Shown: positions 11,365 to 24,167, counted from the stretch's first letter. The stretch: 64,000 nucleotides of DNA from Octopus sinensis (GCF_006345805.1 NC_043000.1:71114001-71178000); one strand, 5' to 3'. Notes: generated by a model from the letters alone, not told the origin. A program made the numbers and translations.

Positions 11365-11957
11365 ATGATGTACCGCTCACGGCGACGCTGGAGGAGTAAA
11401 GTTCAAGGCTTTAAGGCGATCCCAATAATCGAGAGCAGCCATGCCTTCAATTCGTTAGTGAGTGCCCTTTGGGGTGACTCAATTCTGTAGATGTTTTGTC
11501 TTGTGTGAGGAGACCACAGTGGGCAGCAGTATTCAAGTGTGGCTGTACAAAGGAGGAAAAAAAGTGGTTATGATGACACCTTGTTCTCTGGACCGGAAAG
11601 TCTTAAGATCCAGAACTCATCCTATGAGCTATATTGACCTTCTTGTTGATGTGTGCACTCCAACTGAGATCGTCATCAACAATTACACCCAGGTCTCTGA
11701 TATTGTTAGAGGCTGTGAGCGGTTCCCTGAAGGAAGAGAGTATGGCTGTTTTAGTGAGGAATTTCTTCCAAAATGCATCAGCTCAAATTTTCCCTCGTTC
11801 AGTTGCATTTTGTTTCTGTCTGCCCATTGACTCACAGCATATAGATCAGACTGGAGTTGAGTTCGGTCTGCTTCTTCATTGACGATTTGCTGGAGCTTGG
11901 TGTCATCAGCAAATATTTTCACTTTGCAGTAATGTACGACACTGGAAAGGTCGTTTA
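11365..11957 (-). mobile_element. CR1/L2-group LINE RT fragment (same family as 42.1-43.9 kb), cut by the gap
   Basis: KVKIFADDTKL...MQLNEGKFELMHFG. Nearly colinear with 42591-43185. Confidence 0.9.
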
Positions 11958-12434
11958 TATTATACATATATATATATTATACATATGTATATATTATACA
12001 TATGTATATATTATACATATGTATATATTATACATATGTACATATGTACATATTATACATATGTATATATTATACATATGTATATATTATACATATGTAT
12101 ATATTATACATATGTATATATTATACATATGTACATATGTACATATTATACATATGTATATATTATACATATGTATATATTATACATATGTATATATTAT
12201 ACATATGTACATATTATACATATGTATATATTATACATATGTATATATTATACATATGTATACTATACATATATATATATATGTATACTTATCATATATA
12301 TACGTATACTTATCATATATATACGTATACTTATCATATATATACGTATAATTATCATATATATATGTATAATTATCATATATATATGTATACTTATCAT
12401 ATATATATATATATATATGTATACTTATCATATA

Positions 12435-13223
12435 CTAGCAGCATAGCCCGGCGTTGCCCGGGTATGTAAGAGCCCCTAGTAGGCAACAACTAATCCCAAT
12501 CTAGTCCTTTCCCTCTAGGGAATGAAGGCGCATGTGTAGGTTGCAATGTCTTCTCTTCACTCGAATACTTCTGTGTATACGAATGTTCCTAGCTGTCCCT
12601 TTGGGCGATAAAAAGGTTGAGTTGTGTCCCCTAGACAGTTTGTGTTTAATACACAAATCGGTTTGCTATGTGTGCCACATATGATTTAATTAACCGATTT
12701 TTTCTAGTAATAAAGTATCCTATTGGAATAAAAAGGGCCATATAGCTCCTTGGAGCAGACATGATGCTCGCTGTGAATTTTAAAACAAATTCCTGCTAAT
12801 TTGTGAAAGATATTGTCGAAAAGATGTCATCTTGAATTTGAATGCGAATCCCCAAAATGGCATGATTTTATCGATTTTTTCTGATGTTAAGGTATTGCAT
12901 GGAAAACTAACATCAGAATTAAGTTTCTTAGGGTAACATTAAGCTTCACCATGAGTTTGGTGAAAATCGATTGCAAGTTGCGAAAACTACAACAGAAAAT
13001 GTGTTGCATATAAAAAGCTTAGATTCTCGACCCCATGTCGAATTTATCGATTTTTTCAGAACTGGGGGAACTTTTCAAAATTTTTGCTGCGTTAGTTTTG
13101 AATTATGATATTGGGCTATGTGTGTGTCAAGTTTCATCAGAATTGGTTGAAAGCCGTGGTCAGGGTGAGGGTGCAACCTCACAGACACACAGACAGACAA
13201 ACTGCCGTTTATATATAGAGAGA
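12435..13223 (-). mobile_element. Non-autonomous Helitron (about 790 bp)
   Basis: Minus strand begins TCTCTCTATATATAAA..(gtct)n and ends with the hairpin CCCGG-gcaacg-CCGGG followed by CTAG-3'. Inserted between A and T with no TSD. Confidence 0.85.
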
Positions 13224-13771
13224 TATACATATATGTATACTTATCATATATATACATATATGTATACTTATCATATATATACATATATATATACTTATCA
13301 TATATATACATATATGTATACTTATCATATATATACATATACGTATACTTATCATATATATACATATACGTATACTTATCATATATATACATATATGTAT
13401 ACTTATCATATATATACATATATGTATACTTATCATATATATACATATATGTATACTTATCATATATATACATATATGTATACTTATCATATATATACAT
13501 ATATACTTATCATATATATACATATATGTATACTATACATATATATATTATACATATGTATACTTATCATATATATATATATATATATATATATGTATAC
13601 TTATCATATTATATTTATATATATGTATACTTATCATATATATATATATATGTATGTATACTTATCATATATATATATTATGTACACTTATCATATATAT
13701 ATATATATTGTATACTTATCATATATATATATATATATGTATACTTATCATATATAACATATATATGTATA

Positions 13772-13814
<43 letters not shown>

Positions 13815-13846
13815 CATATATATATCATATAATATATATATAATAT

Positions 13847-14562
13847 CCTTAAAAATGTTTTAGCCCGAAGGCCGTGGCCATGCTGGGGCAACCACCGCTG
13901 AATGAGCTACACTACTTTGTGAATCCACCTCTGATACATGGCACTTGATCAACAAGGGAGTTCGATGCTGCTGCCTGCATCCGCTCCTCTTTCGTGAGGT
14001 GGCTCATCTGGGACTCCCACCAGAAGAGATCCAGTTTAGTTTTAAGAAACCCACATCCACACCATGTAAGTCCTCTCAGGCATTTAGGGAGGATGTTAAA
14101 GAGCTGTGGTCCTCTGAAACCCAAGCTGTTGCAGTATCTGGACTGTATTTTGATGGTGATGTGGAATCCTCGGCCCCCTGCAGTGGCGTCCCGTTCTGCG
14201 GTTGGGGTAACTTGAATGCAAAGTTTGGGACAAGACCCTCCAGGATTTTCCAGATGTATATCACCGCATATCTCTCCCGCCTCCACTCTAGGAGAAGAGG
14301 TTTAATACTTCAGTCTTTCCCAGTAGCTGATATTTTGCATTGAGACGATTTTCTTGTGTAGCTTCTCTGAATTGCTTCGAGTTCTGCTGTTAGCTTTATA
14401 TTGTATGGTGACCACAGTTGGGAGCAGTAGTCCAAGCGGCTGAGGACGAATGTTTTCCATAGGACCATCAGTGTCTCCTTCTCTCTTGTTCTGAAAGTTC
14501 GGAGAATCCATCCAGCTAGCCGTCTGCATTTTATCACCAGATTAGCAATATGCACTTGGAAA
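13847..14562 (-). mobile_element. 5'-truncated CR1/L2-group LINE (relative of the 44.0-45.4 kb element)
   Basis: LSRLDYCSQLWSP, SLERRRERYAVIYIWKILEGL, SLGFRGPQLFNILPK across frameshifts. 3' tail ggttgccccagcatggccacggcc. Confidence 0.88.
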
Positions 14563-15275
14563 GATATATATATGTATACTTATCATATATATATATTTGA
14601 TTTGAAAACCCCACTGGAATGGGAGAAAGCGCTAATAATCCGAATGATATGATCTGAATGATATGAGATATATATATGTAAAAAATGTAATATATATATA
14701 TATAAATATCTATAAATATGAACCATCCGATCTGATTACCTCATTTTTTCTAATATATATATATATATATATATGTATACTTATCATATATATATATATA
14801 TACATATATATATTATACTTATCATATATATATATATATATTTATTTTATACTTATCATATATATATATATATGTATACTTATCATATATATACATATGT
14901 CTACTTATCATATATATATATATGTTTACTGATTATATATATATATATATATGATTACTGATGATATATATATATATATATATACATATGTTTACTGTAT
15001 ATATATATATATATTCAGCCGAAATTACTACGATGATCCGGTTCTTGACTGAAGACTGAGGGGTTCGAATGTCCTGTCCATGTTTATTGTATCGTCTTCT
15101 AAGAGTTATACGTTCTTGTCCATGTTGTATTTTTCTACATACCTTAATATATATATATATATATGTATATATATGTTTACTGTTTATATATATATATGTT
15201 TACTGATCTTATATATATATATATATATATGTATACTTATCTATATATATATATTATACATATGTATACTTATCT

Positions 15276-15330
<55 letters not shown>

Positions 15331-15339
15331 AATATATTA

Positions 15340-15467
15340 TGGTTCCGGGTTCAGTCCCACTGCTTGGCTCCTTGGAGAAGTGTCTTCAACAATAGCCTCG
15401 GACTGACTAAAACCTTGTGAGTGGATTATGTCGATAAAAACTGAAAGAAGTCTGTCGTATATAGTTT

Positions 15468-15512
<45 letters not shown>

Positions 15513-15700
15513 ATTTGTTCCTACCACATCGCTTGACAACCGATGCTAGCCTGTTTACGTCCCCTAACTTATCGGTTCATTAAAAAGACCGATAGAATAA
15601 TTACTAGACCCTCAAAGAATATGTCCCGGTGTCATTTTACTCGACTAAGGGCGGTGTTCCAGCATGGTCACAATGAAGTGACGGAAGCATGTAAAAGAGA
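15340..15700 (+). mobile_element. tRNA-SINE, 5'-truncated
   Basis: B-box ggttccgggttcagtcccac through the tail ggcggtgttccagcatggtcac. Confidence 0.8.
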
Positions 15701-17874
15701 ATATATATACATATATATATATAAATATATGTATGTATAATAATGTTTGAATTCGTATATGTATCTATAATAATGTTGGTATTCGTTTAGTAACCGACGT
15801 CCTTGATAACTGTATAATCAGTGAATTTAATTCCATATAATAACAACATTGGCAATGAATTTATTTATTTGCATTTCATCGTCAAGCTCTCGTGCTTATA
15901 TTTCAATTTGAATGATGTATTGTAGGTCAGAAGTACCGCGTTGTTGTTGACCTATTTGTTTCTAGAATTCTAATATTACGAAACCAAATTACCGTACAAG
16001 AGTCAAAACAACACAACAGTTGTCTCCAACAACAACATAACTTATAATAGGCGGTTGCTGTTACAAGTGAAATAGCTATGTAAGGTATATAATCTCTTCC
16101 TTAGTAATGATTTTTTTTCCTTCTGATTTTGTTGGATGTCCAAACTTAAACAATATTATTAAAACAAAACACTCTTTGTTATGACCTATACTTTATGGAA
16201 AATGTTGAACAATTTCTTCAGTCTGTATACATATTTCTTTAACTTATTCTGATTTTTGGTTCTGTATCTTTATATATGTATATTGATTGTATGAACTCAT
16301 AAGGAAGGATATCATAGTGTAACTTATGTGAATTATGCAAACATTCTATTCTCCCACTTGTCGGTGTGCATGTGCACACATTTAAAATTCCTGTCCACAT
16401 ATGTACGAAGAAGACTATCACTGATTAAAAAAAAAAAATATGTTCGTCCAGTAAGGCTTTGTGCAACACTTCATAAATCCTCTTTATCCCATTGACATGA
16501 TCCTGAAATAAGCTAGTATAAATAAAGGATCTGGAACTGAAGATCCACTAAATGACCAAAACTGCACAACGAGTTGTATAGCAAAGTAATAATCATCTAG
16601 TGATAGGCATTCACGAAAGCTCGGGAGCGCCTCACTCTTTGTGGCTTGAATAGGATTTCTGGACATTAAACCTGTATATAAATTGTATGTAGTGGTGTAG
16701 CCATAGCTGTGTGGTTAAGAAGCTCTCTTCGCGGTCATTTAGTTCCGGCTTCTTTCGCACGTCATGATACTTCGGGCAAGTGTTTTTTTACCCCCTATAG
16801 TCTCAAGTTGATAACCAAGACATGCGTCGGGTTTATGCAGTTTCCGCCTATACACACTCACAGGGAATGGGATTTGAAGGTTTAATGCTATTTATTATTA
16901 AAGGTGAAATGTTTTGAAAGATGTAATGCGAAACTCGGAATAAACAACTGTTGAAACCCCAGATACATATGCTCTTGTTACCTGTATTTGTCTATTTTGT
17001 TCATGTACATGCCATTAGCTACTGGATTATTTCTCTTATATCATTTTTGTTTACACACACACACCCATATATAATCGTTGTAAACTTACACAAGTGATTT
17101 AAGAACTGAAAGTTTCGTTCATGATACTTAGCATGCTAATATATATGCGCGCGTGCGTGTGTCGGTGTTTGTACCAGTGTTTATCTTGTTTATTTATTAT
17201 TATTTTTTTTGTAGTCCTTTATGCTCTTTAACTTCAACAGTTCGATAAATAGAGATCGATAAGTAGCAGGATGAAATAAATAACGCTGTCAATATGATTG
17301 ACAGAAACTAATAGAAAGGATATTAAAGGATATATATACGTAAATATGTACTATCTGTACATTTGTTCTCTATTAATACTGCTATAATTGTCTTAAAATA
17401 TTTATTTACGTAATGATACTTCACCACTCCTAGATCTAGATTCTGTATTCTATTTTAATGCTATTTTATATTCCTAAATTGTATCTATTTATCTATTCAC
17501 CGCTCCCAGTTTTTTCTTCATTGTATTTAACGGAGTTGTTTGATTTAGTTTGACAGCTTGATTGCTTGCACAGGAACCGAATGCAATTGTTTTTTAGTGG
17601 GTAGGTTTTATTTTTTTTTTCCTTCTCTAAGCTAATTTTATGATTTATTCTTAGTATTGTTTTTTGTTTCCTTTCCTTGGAATAATTAAGAACAACTCTT
17701 GAAGATAAAAATAGTTCAGAACGTTAAGGTAATGCCTGTCAGATGTATTAAGTTCTCTAATGGTTAATAAAATGAGAACATTATAATTATTCTTAAGGAT
17801 GGATTTTCTGTATATAAAAAGACTGTAAATGTTTTAAGCGTGAAGTTAGGAGAATTTCCCTTTAGTCACCTTGT

Positions 17875-17937
17875 TGACGTCATTACCGAACGCCTTGTTG
17901 TATGACGTCATCAGCTGTGTGCCAGAGAAGTCACATG
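17875..17937. promoter_or_regulatory. Candidate promoter/enhancer: two perfect CRE palindromes plus two E-boxes
   Basis: TGACGTCA at 17875-17882 and 17903-17910, CAGCTG at 17912-17917, GTCACATG at 17930-17937, in non-repetitive, relatively CpG-retaining DNA. No transcript evidence. Confidence 0.4.
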
Positions 17938-19519
17938 GGTGTTTTCCCTGTCTCGCTGCTGCTGTTACTTCATTATCAAGTGAAGTAGTTAATACAGTGT
18001 TATTCTTCTCTGCCTTCTCTAGGAAAAGATATTTTTCTTTTCTTTAACTTTTAACTCGATATTTAATTTATGAAAATAATTACAGTCCTTTTTTAAACTC
18101 TTCATATTACCTCAGTTGTGCAACTTACTGTTATTTATTTATGTTAAACAAATTTTAATCTTGTCGCCTCAGTTTTGAACTATTTTGAGTTAGAGTTTCA
18201 CCGGTGTCACCTACCTTTTTTTCCTCTGGGTTCGATAAAATAAATAATAGTCTTGTACTGTGGTTGATTCAGTCATTTGTCACCTTGAAATGTATAGCTT
18301 GTTCTAGTGTAAGAAGTCATATTTCATATATGTAAAATTTGCGTTTGTATACGTACTTGGGTTTAATGTCATACTAGTGGTTACTTTTCTGGGTTCGCCC
18401 CCGGTACTCTAAGCACTTTAGGAAAGTGTCTTCTACCATAATCTTGGGTCACCCCAAGCATTGTGTGTGAAACTGAGTAGACGGAAACTGCTTCTCTGAA
18501 CTGTCACGAGGAGTTATATTTTCCTTGCTTCTTTTTTCTACCAGTCTTGGAGGCTCTGCGATGGCTATGATTGCTGCCCTTACTCCTTCGACTAAGTTTT
18601 ATATATGAGCGATATATTAGCGTATTTGACTACATATATTATTAATAAAACTAACTGTCAGATGCCTTATATATGGAAACCAGTTTATCTGATTCACTTA
18701 AACCTTGGACAATTAACGAGGATATTCAGGATTGAAATTTGTCTTGCTGATCTCTCTTTTTCTGACCATGAAGATATATATACTGATATGTGTCTTTAAC
18801 CCACAGCGTGTCTTTCCTAGAGATATTAGTTACATAAATGAAGTAATGGTGCAATCTGAAAATAAACTAGGTGACAATGAAAACAGTGAAAGATTCATTT
18901 GTTGGAGTATTATCAATACTAGCAGTAGTAATAGCAGCAGTTTTCTGCGTGTGTGTGTATATTTATATATATATATATATATATATGTATATTATTTTAA
19001 ATATTTTTATTAAACATGGGATAACAGTGACTTTGTGGCCTGCTAGCAATGTCACATCTCTTCTTGTAAAAGCATAATAAATGTTCTCTATAAAATGTTC
19101 TTCAGTTTAATGTTAAATTATTTTTAGTACAATTCTACATAAAACAAACATTACCATATATATATATGTACATGTTTATCTCTCTTTCTCTACCCCTCTC
19201 TCTCTTTATATATATATATATATTATATATATATATATATATAGCATCATTTGAGTAAAATGTATAGCATATACCAAGTAAATAGCACTTATTACCAGAG
19301 ATTTGTAGGTTATACATGTCTTTATCATGTTTCAGTAAAATATATTAAATTGGGCTAAAAAAATACATCTATTATACAGTATCTCATTTAGGTCTCTGAA
19401 GAATCATTTTAATCTATATCTAACAAAACCGTGTAACTTCCATAGTTATCATTATTTTACATCTATTTTTCCATGATGGTATGGGTTACTTGGGTTGTCA
19501 CAGACTGAACCAGTTCTTA

Positions 19520-20935
19520 TCTAGAGTTACTAATCTCCTTGATAGGTGGATGACCATGTATCACCTGTTCATGGCTGATGAAAAAAATAATACAATCATC
19601 ACCATTATCAGTTTCACATTTGCTCAGTTTTCCTCTTCTATAGGTCCTGTCCACTTGGATTGCTTGGCACTTCTTTACCCAAATGTCATCCTCTATATAC
19701 ATTGCGTGTTTGTATCAGTATAGTCTCTACCTTTGTACACTGCCTTCGATTCTTCTTATATAATTTTTCTTTCACCTCAATTGTTTGTCGTTTATGCACA
19801 CTTATAATACATATCCAATGATGCATGCTTGCTTCATTTCTTGATAAGCCCTTTATTCTTGCCTTGATAAGCCCTTTGCATTTAAAGCCTATGTTCCACT
19901 ACTATGTGACATCACACTTTGTACACAAATATTGTACAATTTACTTTTCATTTGAAAAAAGAATTCTTTTGTTACCAGCAGAGATGGTAGCTTTTTGAAC
20001 TTTTTCCACAATATTCTCACTCAGGCTATTATACTTTCAGTGTGCATTTGAAAAAATTTATTTCATGGCTGCTCTTACTATTAATTAATCTTCTGCATCT
20101 GCCACATGAAATTTTTCTTTGCTATTAGTCTATTTGTGATCCTGCTACACCTTGTGTGTTTGTAGTTTAAATTGGGCACACTGTATAGAATTCCTATCTA
20201 CTCATCTGATTGCAAGCATGGGTACTTCTCAAATAGCAGTGAAGTTCTGCTTTCTCTCCTTTTTAAACTTTGTCTTCGTAATGTTTACTGTGAGATCTCT
20301 TGATTCTAAGCTTTGGTTCTATGTTTAAAATTTTTTCTCTATATCTTTTGATAGATTCAGCTATCAGAATTAAGTCATCAGCATACAGGTGTTCCTATGG
20401 ATTAGTGGTCTTAAACTCCTGTGTTATATCCTGTAGAATTATGGTAAACAAGATGAAGTTGAGAACCAAGGCTCCGTATTCACCCACTTGCACACTAAAT
20501 TCAATGCTGAACTCCTTGTCAACTCTTAATTTGTTGAAATCATCTTTGTATATCACATGCACAGCTCTACATGCCATTCAGCTATATCTAGTTTTCTTTG
20601 AGACCATCAGACTATAGTGCATAGTACCCTATCAAAAGTGTTTTCTAGATCAAATACTAGGTTTAGCAGCTTACTCTTATCTAAAAGCTTCTCTTATAGT
20701 TGCTTCACTAGGAAGAGGGCATCAATGATACCCTTTCCTGGCACAAATCCAAATCTCAGCTCAGTTAATTCTCTTCCATATCAGTAGTGTATAACGCTTT
20801 CTTCATAGCTTAATCCATTAGCTTGATACATTTGAAGTGACTCCTTAGTAAAACATCGCCTTTGCCAATGTTGCAGTTGATAATGATTAGGTATGACAAC
20901 TCTTCAATTCCCCTCTCTTTTACATGTCCTTATCT
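19520..20935 (-). mobile_element. Old, heavily decayed RTE LINE
   Basis: Degenerate RAVHVIYKDD..KLRV, ILQDITQEFKT..LYADDL and VKKCQAIQVDRTYRRG, colinear with the RTE ORF2 seen elsewhere in the window. Confidence 0.7.
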
Positions 20936-20999
20936 CCAACACTCCATTTCTGTTGCCTTGCCAATAGATCTATAACTGTAATTTTATGCAACATACACT

Positions 21000-21700
21000 G
21001 TGAACTCAGTAGCATTATGAGCCTGAAAGACTGCACAGGAGTAGGCAAGAGTTCCTCAAACCTCATAATAAGCAACCTGTCTAGGAGAGTGTAACTTTGA
21101 ATACAAACCTTCACACAAGAGACATGGACTCTATAAGCTGCAGCAAAGGCAAGCTATCTATAACTCCAACTGCAAAGATAAATCTTGTTAATTATTATAT
21201 CTTTGTGGCTTCTGAATTCTTTTTGTGATTCTGCAGTTTCTTCGTGATGGCGTTCTGCTGCTCATTAAATTGTTGTAAGAATTAGCGAGATTCTGCAGTG
21301 TTGGGAGTACAGATTCAATATTTTCAGCAGTAACTAATCTGAAAATATCAAGATCATTTTGAAAAAATCTGCAATAGTTGATCCATCTGTACTGTGAAAA
21401 GTTTCCCTAATAGAAAATGTCTCAATCTTTCAACATGCCATACCATCACATAGACTTCATGTTCAAAATTGCTCTAATTTCTCTGAGTACTATCAAGTCC
21501 TTGTAATAAACTGTGAAAAAATGGTTTACAAACAGATGCTATATAGACTTTCTGTCTTGAGACATTATCGCATACTATTGCAAATTCAGAAGCATCAACA
21601 ATAAGAGTTGTTTCACTCTTGGAGATGGTTGTCAAAATGGCTTTTCAATGACAGTGACATTAGACAGTGGACCAGGATTCTTTAATTGGCAAATGCATCG
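21000..21700 (-). mobile_element. Decayed Gypsy pol fragment (RNase H)
   Basis: TTLIVDASEFAI...QRN*SNFEHEVYVMVWHVERLRHFLLGKLFTVQMDQ matches the Ty3/Gypsy RNase H pattern (TDAS..A / ERNYS..EKE..AIVW.V..F..YL.G..F...TDH). The left boundary is uncertain. Confidence 0.7.
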
Positions 21701-22577
21701 TGCAGACAAAATGTAATAAGTATTATGTTACCCAAAATCCAAAAAGAATATTTTTCTCCCTCTTGTTCTATTCTTGACCAGCCTAGCTCTGGCCTCCTCT
21801 CTCTCTGTCTTTGTTTCGATAACCACTTGCTTTTCCAACACTTCCCCAATCTCCACTACCTCACCATATATAAACTAGCGCATGCACTCAGATTCCGCTA
21901 CTTCACTTTAATAACTCCGCCGAGAGAATATGAATCTAGAAGATGCTCAGATAAGAAATCTTGTTTTTCTTTTCAACTTCATTCATCTACACCTCTCTCT
22001 CTCTCTGCAGATCATAAACCCTTTATTGGTTTTTTTTTTTTGCATTATTCTATCTATTTCATTACCAAGTAAACATAGTTTTGTCTCCCACACTGATGCT
22101 TTAAAACAAACTTAAGTTCCTTTCACACACATTTACTATTCGTCACCTATTCATTTATTCAATTTTGTCACATCGTCACTTTTTTCTCTAATTTTGTCAC
22201 AGATTGACTAACCGAAAATTCTAAGGTTTTTCAATTCTATTTCATTATTATCAGCATTTGTTGTTTCATTTAATTATGTTACCCAAAATCCCAAAAGAAT
22301 ATTTTTCTCCCTCGTGTTCTGTCTTTGACCAGCCTAACTCTGGCCCCTTCTCTCTCTGTCTCTCTGTTTCGATAACCACTTGCTTTTTAACAGTTCCCCC
22401 TCTTCCACCACACCACCCACCCTATCTAAACTAGCGCATGCACTTGGATTCTGCTACTTCATTTTAATAACTCCGCTGAAAGAATATAAATCCAGAAGAT
22501 GCTCAGATAAGAAATCTTGTTTTTTTTTTCTACTTTGTACATCTACACCTATCTTTCTGTGCAGATCATAAACCCCT

Positions 22578-22890
22578 TGAAATGTAAATACCAGAGTACA
22601 GCATGGACAATTTCAGACTGATGAGCATTTGTAAGGAGAACAGAATTGCGATATTGGAAATAAGGCTTTATTCAACTTCTTTGACAGATATGGTAGACAA
22701 ATAATAATTTTCACCAGCGAATTGAGAATGTGTTAACAACAATGACATGATGCAGTTTGGTAATGAAAAGCTAGCCAAAATAGTTATGTATAAAAAATAC
22801 ATACATGAACAGCATGTATATTTTCGGATAAACATGTATACACAAACAACATAAACATGCATACACACAGTTCATTGCATTCTCACAACA
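22578..22890 (-). repeat. 3' LTR
   Basis: Minus strand TGTTGTGAG...CATTTCA, preceded by the PPT (22891-22902). Confidence 0.93.
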
Positions 22891-22946
22891 TTCTCCCCCA
22901 CTAGAAAACAGAATTCTGGGGGTTGAATGGATAGGCACAGAATGTT

Positions 22947-23832
22947 TCAAACTTCTCTACTGTGTAGATTATATGGTCTGGTTCTGAAGTAACTGATAGA
23001 TTCTCTTTTCCAAACAGAAGCAGATAATAGAGACGAAAGCTGAAGTGCAGAGGAGGTGGTTGCGAGATTCCGTCCAGAACGCAGTGAAGAAGTAACATAT
23101 TTGTTTTTTGACTGGCATACTTTGAAGAAATAACCCTTCTTGTTACAGTTTTTACATGTGGCCTCCTTAACAGGACACTTGTAGCAAGGATGACAGTTAT
23201 TCCCGCAAAAATAGCATTTACTGTTACCGTTCATGGCGGCTACCATAGTTTTGCCCACATCCGTGGTTAGATTATCCGTTGCTGCACAATTGTAGGCTGA
23301 TTGAGGTGATAACTGGTAAGATTTTGAGTAGGTACAGGTCATTTCAAGTGATCTAGCTTCATCAGAAGCTGTTTGAAGATCAAGTATTTTCTTTTCGAGA
23401 AGCCTTTGTTGAATATCATTAGATATGAAAGCATCTCGGATAGATTTGTCTCTATACTTTATACTTCTGAGTGGAAACTGATTGGAAATTACAATCCTTG
23501 GCTAATGATTTGAGTCTTAGCAAACTTTCGAGACTTTGACTGCATTCTTGTTTATCTGTAGGCAGTAGATTTCTTGCAAAAATTTCATTCCTGGGCTTCA
23601 TGTAGAGATTCTGTAATATTTGTATCGCATCGTCATATAAAGAGCAATCAGCTACATATTCGTACACAAATGGAGCAATATAGTTGATAAGTGTATTCAG
23701 TTTATCTGGTTGATGCTGTTCTAAAGTATTAAAAAAGTTGATGAAGATCCTGTGCCAGTGATTCCATTGTTTGGCTGCATTTGTCAAATTAGGATCTGCG
23801 TCAAATCATTCTGGACATAGAAATCGATCCAT
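22947..23832 (-). pseudogene. Gypsy gag pseudogene with a zinc-knuckle region, fused to the last codons of pol
   Basis: MDRFLCPE*FDADPNLTNAAKQWNHWHRIF...KPRNEIFARNLL...LKSLAKDCNF, then CYFCGNNCHPCYKCPVKEATCKNCNKKGYFFKVC. Contains stops and frameshifts; no protease, RT, RNase H or integrase. Confidence 0.85.
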
Positions 23833-23854
23833 GTTTGAAAGAAGTTGAATAAAT

Positions 23855-24167
23855 TGAAATGGAAATACCAGAGTACAGAATGGACAATTTCAGACTGATG
23901 AGCATTTGTAAGGAGAACAGAATTGCGATATTGGAAATAAGGCTTTATTCAACTTCTTTGACAGATACAGTAGACAAATAATAATTTTCACCAGCGAATT
24001 GAGAACGAGTTAACAACAATGACATGATGCAGTTTGGTACTGAAAAGCTAGCCAAAATAGTTACGTATACAAAATACATACATGAACAGCATGTATATTT
24101 TCGTATAAACATGTATACACAAACAACATAAACATGCATACACGCAGTTCATTGCATTCTCACAACA
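23855..24167 (-). repeat. 5' LTR
   Basis: Second copy of the 313-bp LTR; the gag ATG follows 22 nt later. Confidence 0.93.

Larger units (their letters stand above)
11958..15330. repeat. AT-rich minisatellite tract (tattatacatatgtata-type, then about 27-bp tatacttatcatatatatacatatatg-type units) interrupted by a Helitron and a LINE
   Basis: Direct inspection. The same unit occurs at 12280-12434, 13224-13760 and 14570-14900. Confidence 0.9.
22578..24167 (-). mobile_element. Internally deleted (gag-only) Gypsy LTR retrotransposon, 1590 bp
   Basis: Two 313-bp TG...CA LTRs (about 11 differences by eye), 5-bp TSD CCCCT (22573-22577 and 24168-24172), PPT AGTGGGGGAGAA abutting the 3' LTR, decayed gag inside. 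Confidence 0.95.

Noticed and set aside
15049-15075. CTGA(A/G)GA...TTCGAATG motif shared with 47622-47650
   Set aside because: The two sites are copies of one unclassified repeat, but GAAA is GAAT and stems I and III do not pair; at best a dead remnant.
16239-16666. Minus-strand ORFs MSRNPIQATKSEALPSF... and MIVFFVHMW...
   Set aside because: About 60 aa each, no recognisable domain, inconsistent splice signals; within chance expectation.
22618-22665. CTGATGAG inside the LTRs as a hammerhead core
   Set aside because: No stem II closing onto a GAAA, and no stem III or NUH site.
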